Under the pieces are notes generated by a model. That model saw only the letters and a list, made by a program, of their open reading frames with translations, had not been told where the DNA came from and made no database searches. Positions 37,206-49,900 of a stretch of DNA of 64,000 nt are shown here, piece by piece. This DNA is from Azolla caroliniana (Eukaryota > Plantae > Polypodiophyta): contig JBHGNT010000017.1 of assembly GCA_043228905.1 (NCBI GenBank), positions 10,726,001 through 10,790,000 of the forward strand, given 5' to 3'. Position numbers and translations under genes: made by a program. Each line of letters opens with the position of its first letter. Position 1 is the first letter of the stretch.

Positions 37206-38011
37206 TGACTGTTGTCATGTTTTTGACACCGACCCACTTCGTCCTCCACACCCACAAAGTCGATCTGCCTTGGTGTACAACCGGTTGAGTGGTCCTCGAC
37301 CCATTCGCGTGGTTTTCTTCGACCATCAACATTCATTGAAAGTTGAAGAAGAACAGTGGCTTCTCCCCGGTGCAAATCGTTGTCTTGATAGGCCCGTATC
37401 TCTGCGCTAGACCACCAAAGCATATCTGGACCATCTCGTCTTCGTCCATCGTTACGTTGATGGAACCTAATGAGTCACAGATCTCCTTTATCTTAGTGGT
37501 ATAATCCGTAACTGGCATATCCCTTTGCCAGATGTTGTTGAGCTCTTGCCGGATCTACAACTTACGGGTTGTGGTACTAGCAGCGAATTTCTTGTCTACT
37601 TAGCGCTTTCTATCGGCTGCCCATGAAAAGAGTTACCTGCGAAAGCTCGTAGCCATAACCGACTTCACAAGATAGTAACAAAAATATTGTGCAAGTTTAA
37701 TGGAACCTTCAATCATACACAGAGAGTACGCGGGAGAGACAGAGACAGGAGAACAGTGAACTCAATTCAAAATAATAACACTCTGTACATACAATGTGCT
37801 TAGAGAGAACTTTTATACAAGTCCTTAAAAGGATTGACAGAAGTATTGTCATGTACTTCAATGCTCGTATGAGCAACTAACACTAACTCCAAGAAATATG
37901 CATACGAACTAGGCTAGGACCATGGGCCTCTAACGGTCTACCGGTTACAATCTGATCCAGCTCTTGGTTCCGGATACCAATCTAGATCCGGTTGAGCTTG
38001 TACGCTCAACA
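37206..38011 (-). mobile_element. Copia gag fragment and LTR (~37670-38011), A/B/C family
   Basis: DYTTKIKEICDSLGSINV..DEDEMVQIC peptide; LTR starts TGTTGAGCGTACAAGCTCAACC on the minus strand. Confidence 0.8.
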
Positions 38012-38161
38012 TTGGGGCAAGTGGAAATTCTTTCCTCAATGGAGTGTTCGTCTTGTCTATTAGCAATTCAACATAATCCAATACCCATGTAGTGTAGTTA
38101 GTGGGTGACCATACTCCATTCTGACACCCATTGTAAGTAGTGTTTTTCACACACTTTTATT

Positions 38162-38857
38162 CACAGATTGACATATTCGCATTCGTGGGGCCTACCCCAC
38201 GAATGCATACGAATACAAATATGAATACATGTAAATGTATTCTTTTTCTTCTTTTTTTGAAAAAATAGTTGTTTTTTTTGCAAGCGAGCGAACGAGTAGC
38301 AAGGAGGAAGCCTCACCCTACTCCCTCTGTGTGATGCTTACGCCCTCGCCTCTCTCTACATCTTGTTCTCGGTTAGGAAAATTAGGGTTTTGGCTTAAAT
38401 GTATCATGCTCCACGCTAATCCTACATCCTATTCTTAGCTGCAAACTCAAGGTTTCACTAAAACCCTAAGTATAGCCGAAGCCCTAATTAATTAATTAAT
38501 TATTAATGTATTAATTGATTATTAATTAATTAATTAATATTTTTTAATGAATTAAGTAACATATTAGTAAATTAATTAATGTATTAGTGAATTAATTAAT
38601 TATTAGTAAATTAATTATTATATTAGTGAATTAATTAATTATTGATGTATGTGTGTATATGGATATATGTATGGAGGTATATGTATGTGTGGTACGTGTA
38701 TATGTATATATGTATATATGTATATATGTATATCAATATGTTATAAACTTTTATGTATATATGTATGTGTGTATTATATGTATATGTAAACGAATGGTTT
38801 TATAATATTCTTGGGGCCATTTCCTAATCTCGAACGTCACGCATGTGTCAATCTATG
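38162..38857. mobile_element. Non-autonomous hAT element (MITE)
   Basis: TIRs CACAGATTGACA / TGTCAATCTATG; 8-bp TSD CTTTTATT; AT-rich interior. Confidence 0.9.
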
Positions 38858-39754
38858 CTTTTATTAATATAATTGTGTGTTTTCATCAAAAAACAAAACA
38901 AAACTACAAAACCACATAGAGAGAGGGGGAGGGAGAGTTGAGAGAGGCACAAACAGAGAACCCTAAATTCCTAATCTCATAGAGAAGGGCTCGTCGTGTG
39001 TTGAAAAGAGTTTATTTTGAATTTCCCCCAAAAAGTCTTCTATCTCTTATTATTTATTTGTTTATTTTTTAGTTTTATTTTTATATTTATATGTATGTAA
39101 ATAGAATAAAGTGGATGGCCTTGATCGTTTCGGATTCTCAAAATGAGTTAAAGGCCATCCAAACCCTAGATTCACTCGTTCACAACATTTATGAATCTTA
39201 TGTCATAGTGACGAGCGGGAGGGAGGGCCATTGTTCATGACTAAATGATTGAATCAATCATATGTTGGTGCTTTTGCATTGTAGCCATTGTTAGTAGTAA
39301 TGTTCTCATCAAGTGCACATCTCATGTATCGTGAATCCTTTTGTATTGTTTTATGTGTGCTACGTTGTATGTACATACGACATGGAGAGAGTAAAACTCG
39401 ATGATGTGCTCCTTCCTTCCCATCCATGTTTATCTTTTCCTAATAAAAAAAGAACTCAAAAGACATGGCGACAACAAGACCCAATGCTTATTTATTATTA
39501 TGTAAATCATGAAGAATGGCAGGAGGAGGAGGAGCTACATTGATATACATATGTATGTATGTATGTCAGACAAATGTATGTATGTATATGCAACATGCAT
39601 TGCATTTGAACGAGCGTTATGAGAGAGCAACTCAGACTCCAGAGGAGTGTACAAACCGTTCATTCTAATAAGTGATGGCATGGCATCACAAGATAAAAGA
39701 AGCCTAGTTCCCTTTTTCGTTTTTTTGGTGGTGTGCTAATAATTAATAATAATG

Positions 39755-39795
<41 letters not shown>

Positions 39796-39799
39796 TTTT

Positions 39800-40340
39800 T
39801 TCCCTGTAAATGTATGTTTATATTAAAACAATCATGACAATACAAAAAACCTTCCTATCAAAACTACTTCAAAAGTAGTGATGTGGCAAGGGCAACCTTC
39901 TAAGGTGTTGCAATACAAAACGACACAAATGTAACTCATCTGGGGACAAAGTTCCCATACAACTGCCAAATCAACTATGAGACACTCCAGAAAGCCCATC
40001 AAATAAGAAACCATTCCGCAAGTTCCTAACATAAGACATGCCCAAGTACCTCAAATAATCAAACACAAACTTATACTCTGGGGATGGTAAAACTCTATCA
40101 CCTTCAATGAAAACCCCTTGAAAAGAAGACAAAACATTTCTAGTCAATGACCCCCCACAATTGTGATATAACTGTCCATATACTTTTAGTAACATGGCAA
40201 GATATAAACCTGTGTTGAGAATCTTCATCAGTCGTCGTACAAAACACACATGTACCATTATCAATGTGTCTTCGTTTTAAAGCCATAGCCAAAGGTAACC
40301 CACCAACCATAGCACGCCAAAGAAACACCTTTGCACAGAA
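39800..40340 (-). mobile_element. 5'-truncated LINE end (zf-RVT region), copy 1
   Basis: AKVFLWRAMVGGLPL...CVFC...HRFISC; T-run (poly-A on the minus strand) next to (CT)n at ~39795. Confidence 0.7.
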
Positions 40341-40409
40341 AGGAAAGCTCTCTCTCTCTCTCGCTCGCTCGCTTGTTACGACACACGCAAGAAAGCTCTC
40401 GCTCTTCTT

Positions 40410-41190
40410 TTTTTTGGTAAAATCACACAATTATATTCATTGCATGTAAAAAAAACCACTATTACAACTTGTAAGTCCTCTTTACGTATATGCATAGAGA
40501 GATACGTATTCATATCATTACAAACCATGAATATGTCTCTCAACATCCCATACCTTTCTTATCAGATCAAACAATGAATGCGATGCCCACCTAACTGACG
40601 TACTTGTCTCTCTTCATGATTCAATATGCTTGACATCTCCAACAATGAAAGTTGCCATAAAAGGAACCCTTTCAATCTTAGCACATAACGGTGTACTCCA
40701 CTTTGTTCCCCAAATATAAAAGAATTTCCCATATGCCAAATAAACCAAAACCCATAATATCTCAAATAATCCAAAATAATCTGAAAAGAAGGTGAAAGAC
40801 CTCCTAATTCCACTTGTGCAAAAACTCATTTGAGAGGAGATTATATCACTCCTGTCAAGGACATCCATATTGCATTAATAAATTTCCAAACCATCTGTGT
40901 AACGAGACATGAAATAAATCGATGTCGATTGTGCTCTACTTCCACCCTACAAAAGAAACATAAGCCACTAGCAATTTTTCTTTTGCATAAAGCATCACCC
41001 AATGGTAATCCACCAACCATAATCCTCCAAATAAACACCTTGGCTCTAAATGACAAATGTGAAGACCAATTCTTTTGGAGTACATTTTTCCACTAAATTG
41101 TTGGCCTATGAAAGGACCATACCTTAATTACCCTTTTTCCTAACCACATATGTTTACCAATAATTGTATGATAAACCTCATTCGTTGAAA
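40410..41190 (-). mobile_element. 5'-truncated LINE end (zf-RVT region), copy 2
   Basis: AKVFIWRIMVGGLPLGDAL...CFFC...HRFISC; T-run at ~40409-40416. Confidence 0.7.
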
Positions 41191-41675
41191 CCATACTTAA
41201 GTTGTTCCCCGCCCACAAATGTCCAATCAAGATATACAGAATCCTCATTCAAATGTGACACATGCCCTTCCAACATTGATAATCCTTGTAATGTATCCCA
41301 AATGTGTTGATAATTGTGTGGAATTCTAAATGTTGACCTAGTAGTACGAAAATCCAACCCCCCCCCCCCCCCCACCACCACCTCTCTCTTAGGATACATA
41401 TTATTGTAGATTCTTTGCATTCCGAGAGAGAGAGAGAGAGAGAAATAGCGCTCGATCTCCACACTCACACATGCATGTACTTACTGTCTAGTCACTAGTG
41501 AATATATCATATCATAGCATCACACAGTCACACACACGCATGCATGTGTACATTATTATATGTATATGTACATTATTATGTATATGTATGTATATATGTA
41601 GACATAAATATATGTGCATGTACTAATCTCTCTCTCTCTTTCTGTGTCTCAACTCTCAAGCAGAGCAGAGCAGCG

Positions 41676-42069
41676 ATGAAGTTCAACAAGCAATTCAGTG
41701 CGTATGTGCAGACACAGCAGAGCCTCCAGCCTGGCCTCTCCTACGTCCACTTCAAGCGCCTCAAGAAGCTCCTCAAGCTCTGCACCTCCTCTTCCTCTTC
41801 CTCTTCCTCTTCAGCTTCTTCTGCCTTCTCTGATCTTCAAGACTCTCACAAATGCCCCCCTTCCTGTGCAGGTCCCTCTCTCTCCCTCTCTCTTTTTACC
41901 TGACTCTGATATTGTAAAGAAAGAACGATGAAGAAAACAAGACCACACCATCCATAAAATGATGAATACATACATAGATAGATAATGATGAAACATATTA
42001 AGCTTACTTGTATTATTATTTTTTTAATTTTTTTAATTTTTTTTGTTTTTCTATATCTGGATTCTGATG

Positions 42070-42109
<40 letters not shown>

Positions 42110-43923
42110 ATTGCTTCCCTTGTTGTGTTTGGGTCCTTGGATGCGCGAGCGAGCGACTACTCTGGGCAGTGTGTGACCAGACGTTTTTCCCCGTGTTGAT
42201 GAATGAGGTTGCGTCTGTCATGGGCTGCTTCAACACACGGGTGCAAGCGCTGCGGAAACTCCACCTGGCTACTCACGCATCCGCCTCACCCTCACCCTCA
42301 CCCTCACCCTCACCTGCATCTGGCTGGGGCCTAGGCCTGCTGCACAAGTACCTCATGCACCTCCTGTTCTCCCATCACCCAAACCATCGCCACCATCATC
42401 CACACTCACACATGATGATGATCCACGAGGGTCACAAACTCGTTGGCTATGTCTACATGAATGCTGTTGCTATCCGCAAGATCCTCAAGAAGTATGACAA
42501 GGTATGTATGTATGATGATATTGCAACGTGTTTAAATGGCAGACACACACCAAGGCATTCTTCATTCGTTTCTTTCTATGTACAAGTTACACATCCACAC
42601 TGAGTGAGTGCATAAGACGAATAATGGGCATAAAGCAATGATAGGATAATGAGCAGCATCAAGCATTGGGTACAAATGAAATTGAACTATAAAAGTACAG
42701 ATGTCCAAATTTCGTTTGTGCCCAGTGAGTGCTTCTTCTTTCATCAATCACGGAAAAGGCAATGTTTGCATTGTATTCTTCTTTCAATAATTGCACCATC
42801 GAAGTAGTAATTACAAATGAAATGCATTTAGGAAGGAAGCATAGGAGAAGTAGAAGTGAAGGTTTTAACATCGAGGAACTATCCTGAGAAATCCGGAAAG
42901 TTCAACACTGAAGCTTTGATCTACAGTCCAAGTGCCCCGAAATATTTTTTTGATTAGTACAATTGGGGGAAGGGTGTTTTCCTATTTTTACTAATACTGA
43001 GAGTAATTAGATTTAAGAGAGCGATCCGTTCTCATACCAATTCTTACAATCACTTTCTTTTGCTAGGTGCACCTATCGAGAAAAGGTCGGGCATTCAAAA
43101 ACCGCTTGCAAGCAATGCATGTTCAACTTCTTCAGTCACCATGGCTGGTTGAATTGATAGCTTTGCATTTGAACCTCAAACCCGATCAACCCACTAACAC
43201 TTTAACTGACTTGTCGGCAAGCTGCTTGGAGGATCTCGAGAGCTCTAAACCCACCATCTCTTGCAAATTGTCGGATTCGGTTAATATCGAGATCGATCTT
43301 ACATGCTCGATTTGCCTTGTAAGTGGAACTTTGAATTCCACCAAAGTAACTGGGTATCTCTTGATGTAAAAGATTTGTGCTGCCAAGCTGGTGAGAAACT
43401 CAAGGTTTTGCTTTATAAGTTGACAGGACATGGTTTTTGATCCCGTCTCCTTAGGATGTGGGCACATTTTTTGTAATAGCTGCGCTTGCTCAGCTGCATC
43501 AATTCTAACATTTGCAGGCTTAAAGGCTGCAGATCGAAATGCAAAATGCCCTCTTTGTAGACAGGTATGTGCATCATAATGCTAACATGTTAAATTTGAC
43601 TTAATATCCTCTCCTTAACAAGCAGTCATATATTGTCATTGTCCTTCTGTTGTATGTAGGCAAGGGTATATGAAGATGCAGTTCATTTATCAGAGCTGGG
43701 AACTCTTATAAGTTCAAGGTAGGACCATCAATGGACTACTTAGACAAGAATTGAATTGGCCCATAGCTATCTAGAAACCATTGTTACCTTAACTTCTTTT
43801 TCTCGTTTGCAAACTAGATGCAAAGATTATTGGTCAAAACGATTACAGAAGGAGAGGGTGGAGCGGCTTGAACAAGCGAAAAAGCATTGGGATGGGCAAT
43901 GCCGTGCAATGCTTGGAATATAG
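41676..43923 (+). CDS. NLA: SPX-RING E3 ubiquitin ligase, NLA/BAH1 family; exons 41676-41871, 42170-42501, 43067-43318, 43427-43564, 43660-43718, 43818-43923 (1083 nt, 360 aa)
   Basis: All introns are GT-AG and the frame is continuous. SPX motifs [25 protein letters not shown] and [14 protein letters not shown]; LLQSPWL.EL; C3HC4 [27 protein letters not shown]...CPLCRQ; C-terminus [31 protein letters not shown]. Confidence 0.95.
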
Positions 43924-46477
43924 TATGCGTAATTCCTTTATAAAATGTCCACCGCACATTTCCTTGGAAGAAATGGCACTTGTGCAAGCTGGTTTACAGT
44001 GCTGGCCATTATTTGTCAGCATAAATAAGGACTGCATGTGCTCATTTACCCGAGAGGGGTGTCTAATCTATCTCCATTTGTACAAGGATTACAATGCCGA
44101 ACAAGACTTGGACTTTGCTAGCATGAAAATGTTTTGCATAGCCATGGTTAACTTTATTTTCCTTAATGCTTACATGTGTAAGAATGTCGGGGAGCACATC
44201 CCCAGCTCATGTTGGATAATCTGTGCAAAGAATATAAAACCAGTGTGCTATATATTATCTCAGTTTGTGAATTATCAGCAATGTGAAGCAGGTGACTTAT
44301 AGTAGCTATGCCCATCCTCATGATCCTGCAACTGTGAGGAATCGTGGAGTGGCATTTAGATGGCTTGTATATTATTCCTTTGTAACTTCAGAACTCTCCA
44401 TGTCACAAATATACAGTCTTATCATCAATCTCTGTTTGTTCAGTGCTGCCACTTAGTTCTAGGTAGTTTCCACCATGTTTACAGTGAGTGAAGGGTAATC
44501 GATGGAAATGTGAAAAGCCAAAATCATAAGATGTAGGCGAACAAGCTATTCAACAGTTTTCAACTCTACTTGTTCCATTGTTGAAGGAATTTGTAAAATG
44601 GATGGCCTCTCCTACACAACTTAGAATTCATTGATTACTTCGCTGCTTGCTTTTTGGCAGAAATCAAATAAGCCGAAGGGAACCTTCTTTACCTTCCTTC
44701 CACTCAAGGATGGGGAAAAGAGCTCAAAGCCAATCGCATAACATTCTCCAATATCATTTTTGTGTATACTCAAATAAATAATTCATACCAATTTTGGGCA
44801 TCATCAATTGGACGAATTTGTTTCCCTTTTAGTAAATTTTACTCCAGGAGCTAGAACTTCGCTGGTCTTAAGGTAGTAATGATGGTCATCTCAAGGATTG
44901 GTGTCTTGGTGACTATAGTACAATTCAAGCATGAGAAATAGTTCTCTTTATTAGCGTCCCTTTGCTATGAGGTTCTCACAATTGTAGGGATATTGAGGGT
45001 TTTTTGTATTGAATTGTTTTAATATATAGATACCACGTTTGTGTATTTAGAGTTAAGTCAATAGCTGTGTTACCTAATAGGAAACTTTGAGATTATTCAT
45101 TCTAGACATCCATGTGCCAAGTGGCATAATAGAAATGTGTGGAAATAAGGATTTGAAACTATGAGCTCACATACATAGCATAGATAAGCAACTCATTGTT
45201 GAGATGGCATACCATGTGTAGTGAGGAAATATAAGGACTTGAATCCACGACCTTGTGTTGATGAAGATCTAAGAGCTTATCTAACACTAGGATAAGTATG
45301 CCCATTACTAAAATAAGAAATTGTAGCTTCTATTTAAACAGATAAAGGTGAATGGGTCACATCCACAACCAAAAACATGGTTGTTGAGGGGTGGGTTGGT
45401 TAAGCATATATTGCGAATTACTTAATTTTTAATATACTTTAAAGAGGGGAAACGTAGAAAAGGATGTAAAAAGTAATTGGTGCGTGTTGCTTGTGTACAT
45501 GTATATTCCTATATTGGCAATGGTGGACATATTTGATTTTCAATAGAACATAACTAGCATATGAAGAAGTGTTTACTTACCAGTGCTAAAGAACTTTTAC
45601 TCTCTGGAGGGATAGACATTGTTGGACGCCCTTTGAGATGTAAATCTATATCTTGTCTAGTTGGCAAAAAAAATGGAATTGCAAGCATTCACGAAACAAA
45701 AGTAGCTTTATAATGCAAAGATAGAAACCAAGCATATATGATTCAAGTGCTTCCACCACCAAATTATTAAGTGGTTGTCATGGTGCCTTAAACCTTTACT
45801 ACATATGAATTGAGGAAAGTTTGAAAATGATTGCCTTTACATAAATAAATATATAAAGAAAAGGTTGGGCCTAATTAAACAATGTTCTATGTATCAATTG
45901 TAAGAAACATTCTATTCCCTTGTGTCCCAATGTGATTATTCTTATTTCTATGTGTGCGTATGGTATTTTCTATGCAATGGAACATGACATAATTGAAACA
46001 TTTATTAAAGGAATCATTTGTCGTTTCATGGGTGAGTCACTTTATAGGCATTCAATGTCCTTGTCAACAAGACCTTTGTCTTATAACAATTATGAATGTT
46101 CCCTACATAATTTTCCTTTTGTACGATCACACTATGAAAGATTGAATTACTCATCATTAAGAACATATACTTCAAGATAAATTTAGATGTTCATTGTATT
46201 ATCTCAAACTTTTTGACAAGAGATGGCATATTGACCCAATCTTGTGTTAATCTACATGTACATATATTTACAATGTATTAATCACGTAATTCGTGACAAT
46301 TTCATATTCTATTTCAGATTAATGTGTAACATTGTAGATAATAAGAGTTTGTGAGATTGTTAACAATCTGAAATAAAACACAAATGCATGAAATTTTTTA
46401 CAGATGATTACTAAAATGGTACATATTTACTAATACAGTATGGGATCAAGATCAATCACATAGATAACAAACATACT

Positions 46478-46950
46478 GTACAAGTGAAAGTGTGGAAGCG
46501 TACACAAAACTGGCTGAACCACATAACAACAATATACAGAGATGAAGGTTAAATGGAATCTTAACACAATACGTGGGAGAGACAGAGTTAGAGCAGAGCA
46601 AAACACACTTTTCAAATTACACAAAAACTCTGTATATACAACTGTACTTTACAACACTATTTATACAAGTCCATAAAAGGACTAACTAAAGTACTGACAA
46701 GTACTTTAATGCTCGTACAAAGCATAAGACAACAGACTCCCAAAAATATGCCTACGAACTAGGCTAGGGTTGTAGGCCTCTAACGGCCTACCAGTTACAA
46801 TCCGATCCGGCTCTTAGTTACAGATACCGATCCAACTTTGGCTTATTCAACCGATCAGGATCTGGTTGAGGTTGTCCGCTCAACACTCCCCCTCAAGCTG
46901 AACTTGAGGTTAGATCATTGTGTATGTTTTCGCCATTCTCTATTGTTGGC
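46478..46950 (-). mobile_element. Copia 3' LTR (to 46885) and PPT; the element's 3' region resumes at 52167-52455
   Basis: LTR similar to copia A/B/C; CTCCCCCTCAAG follows 46885; 52167-52455 resembles the 3' extension of copia B. Left boundary is approximate. Confidence 0.7.
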
Positions 46951-49900
46951 TGAAAGGATTTGCTCCCTTTGATTCATGAGAAAGGTCGATGGTGTGATTG
47001 ACAATATCCAGGAAAGACAGAACACAACAAATACATTGTTTTACGTGGAAACCCTAAATGGGGAAAACCACGGGAGAATAGAGATTTCACTATACACAAG
47101 AGAATACAAGATGAGATCAGAATACAACACTCTCCACTCGGAGTTTATCAGCCACACAGGGCTCCTTGCGTCAAACCTCACTAGGCTATGGCGTCGTTCT
47201 CGCCTTCTCGCTCACACACTCTCTCTTCTCTGTCAATCTCTACAACAGAGGCTCACAACTATTATGTTCAACACACCCACACTATTTGCCCTAGGTGTAT
47301 TTATACTAATACACAATATTGGCTATTTACAATAATGTCCATTATTAGTATTAGATAATAATAGTCTTACTAATCAGTTGACTCATCTGTCAACTATCAG
47401 GTAGGTCCGACTAGCCAACCTGGTCATCAACCATCTAGTCGTCCTAAATAGTCGGTCGTGCCTTCAATCTCGATCACCTCTTGTCGACCATCTCTCCTAG
47501 TCGATTCTCCATGTTGGCTCTCTCAAAGTCGACTCTTTGACTATCGGTTGCTCCCAGTCTTTGAATGTTGGCTATGCTGAATAGTCGACTCCTCCCACTA
47601 GAGGGACATATTCCCAACAAACTCCCCCTTCACTCCTATCGTGAGGAGTCCGTTTGTCCTGTCCTCTGTCGCCAGACTCTGAATTTGTACATCGGTAGGT
47701 TCATTTTCAACATGTCGGATCCATTTTGGTCAGTATGGATCTTGACTAGGGTAAGCTCTTCTTCTTCCAATTTCTCCCACAACCAGTGGTACCTTCTCTG
47801 TATGTGATTGGTTCGGGAGTGGTACGTAGCATTCTTTGCTAGATGTATGGTGTTATGGCTGTCACAATGAAGCAAGAACTCCCTTTGCTTCATCCCCAAC
47901 TCGCTGAGAAACTTTCTCATCCAGATTAGCTCTTTGCCGGCCTCTACCACTGCCATGTACTCTGCCTCTTTGGTCGACAAAGCCACAGACTTCTACATTC
48001 GTAACTACCATGACACTGCTCCCCCTGCATAGGTCATCACGTATCCTGAAGTGGATCGACTTGAATCTACATCCCCCGACATGTTTGAGTCGGTAAACCC
48101 TTCGAGCATAGGTTTTCCGATACCATACTTAAGGCACACACCTGAGGTGACTTTTAAGTACTTGATTATCCATTTTACTGCTACCCAATGTTCTCTGCCT
48201 GGATTACTCATGTATTGGCTTACTGCCCCCACAATGAATGCTATGTTTGGTCTCGTACATACCATAGCATACATTAAACTGCCGACGGCTGAGGTATACG
48301 ATACTTTCTTCATCTTAGCCTTTTCTTTCTCCCTTCTCGGGCATTGCTTGGCATTCAACTTGCAATTGGTCGGCAACACAGAGCTGATTGGCTTCGCCTT
48401 TGACATGCTAAATCTTTCAAGGATCTTCGTCACGTATTTCTCTTGTGACAACCACAACACTTTCTTACTTCTATCTTGAACTATGCGCATCCCTAATATC
48501 TGCTTTGTCAGTCCAAGATCTTTCATGGCAAACGTCTTGCCTAGTGCTTTCTTCAAGCTCACTATCTTCTTCGTGTCTTGTCCGACTATCAACATATTTC
48601 ATCCACATATAACAAAAGAATTAAGAAGTTGCCTTTATCGTACCTTTTCATGAACACATAGTGATGAGCCTATGTTTTCTAGAACCTGTGTTCCATCGTC
48701 AAGGACTCGAACTTCTTGTACCATGGCGTGGAGCTTGTTTCAACCCATACAAGCTTTTTCTCAGTCGACACACCAAGTTCTCTTTCCCTTTCTCCTCAAA
48801 GCCTTCAGGCTACTGCATGTAGATTTCTTCATCCAACTCCCTATGCAAGAATGTCGTCTTCACATCGAACTGTTCGATCTCCAAATTCATGCTCGCAACA
48901 ATGCTCAGAATAGTTCGGATGGATGTCATCTTCACGACTGGTGCGAATATTTCGTTCAAGTTGACACCCTTTTTCTGTTGAAACCCTTTCACCACAATGC
49001 GGGATTTATATGAGGGTGTGTTGTGGACTTCTCCGGTCTTCACCTTGTAGACCCATTTGTTTCTGAGTGCTCTCTTACCTTTCGATGTGTCGATCGGTCG
49101 TTAGATTCATATGTGTCGATCGGTCGTCAGGAGTTTGTTGATTTTGACTCGTAGTCCTCGATTGACTTCAATAGATTTGCTGACTCCGACTCATCTGTAT
49201 TTGTCAGTTGCTCCGAGTCCGCCGGCTCGGATTCGGTTGTGCTGACTGGCTGTCTATGAACAACTGTCTGTGTCGGTTCACTTGGCCTTAAGTCGGTAGT
49301 AGTGGGAGTTGACTGGGAAGTCGATTCCGACTTCTGTTTCTTCCAATCCTCAATAGACTTGTCTTCCAAGAAGACGATGTGCCGACTCCTCACTACTTTC
49401 TTGTCAACTAAATCCCATTGCCTGTAGTTGAACTCGTCCTCCGAGTATCCCATGAATATGCATGCTTTCGTCTTACTATTGAGCTTCGACCTCTGATCCT
49501 TAGCCGCATGCATATCCACTAAGCATCCAAATGCCCTCAGGTGTCGGTAGGAGACATCTTTCCCTGTCCACACCCTCTCTGGAACATCAACTTTCAGTGG
49601 CACTGAGGGAGACCTGTTGATCAAATAAACAATTGTGTACATCGCCTCAACCCAACACGATTTTGGCGGTTTAGTATGAGCGAGCATACTTCTTACTCTC
49701 TCCTCGATTCATCCTCTCTGCAAGCTCGTTCAACTCTGGAGTCTTTGGAACAATTTATTCGATTCGAATACCCTTCACCTTGTAGTATTCCTCAAACTGC
49801 CCTTTATATTCGCCACCATTGTCGGTTCAAACAACCTTCAACTTTCGACCCAAATCTCGTTCAGTTCTTGCCTGGAACTCCTTGAACATTGATAGTACTT

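Noticed and set aside
37206-38011. Missing 5' end of copia B
   Set aside because: It repeats gag sequence already present in B, and the flank TTGGG does not match B's GTGCT.
38480-38790. TTAA/TATG low-complexity tracts and other (AG)n/(AT)n runs as regulatory arrays
   Set aside because: Ordinary slippage microsatellites.
43868-44302. 144-aa ORF as a separate gene
   Set aside because: Overlaps the last NLA exon and 3' UTR out of frame, starts at a non-ATG codon, and has no domain.
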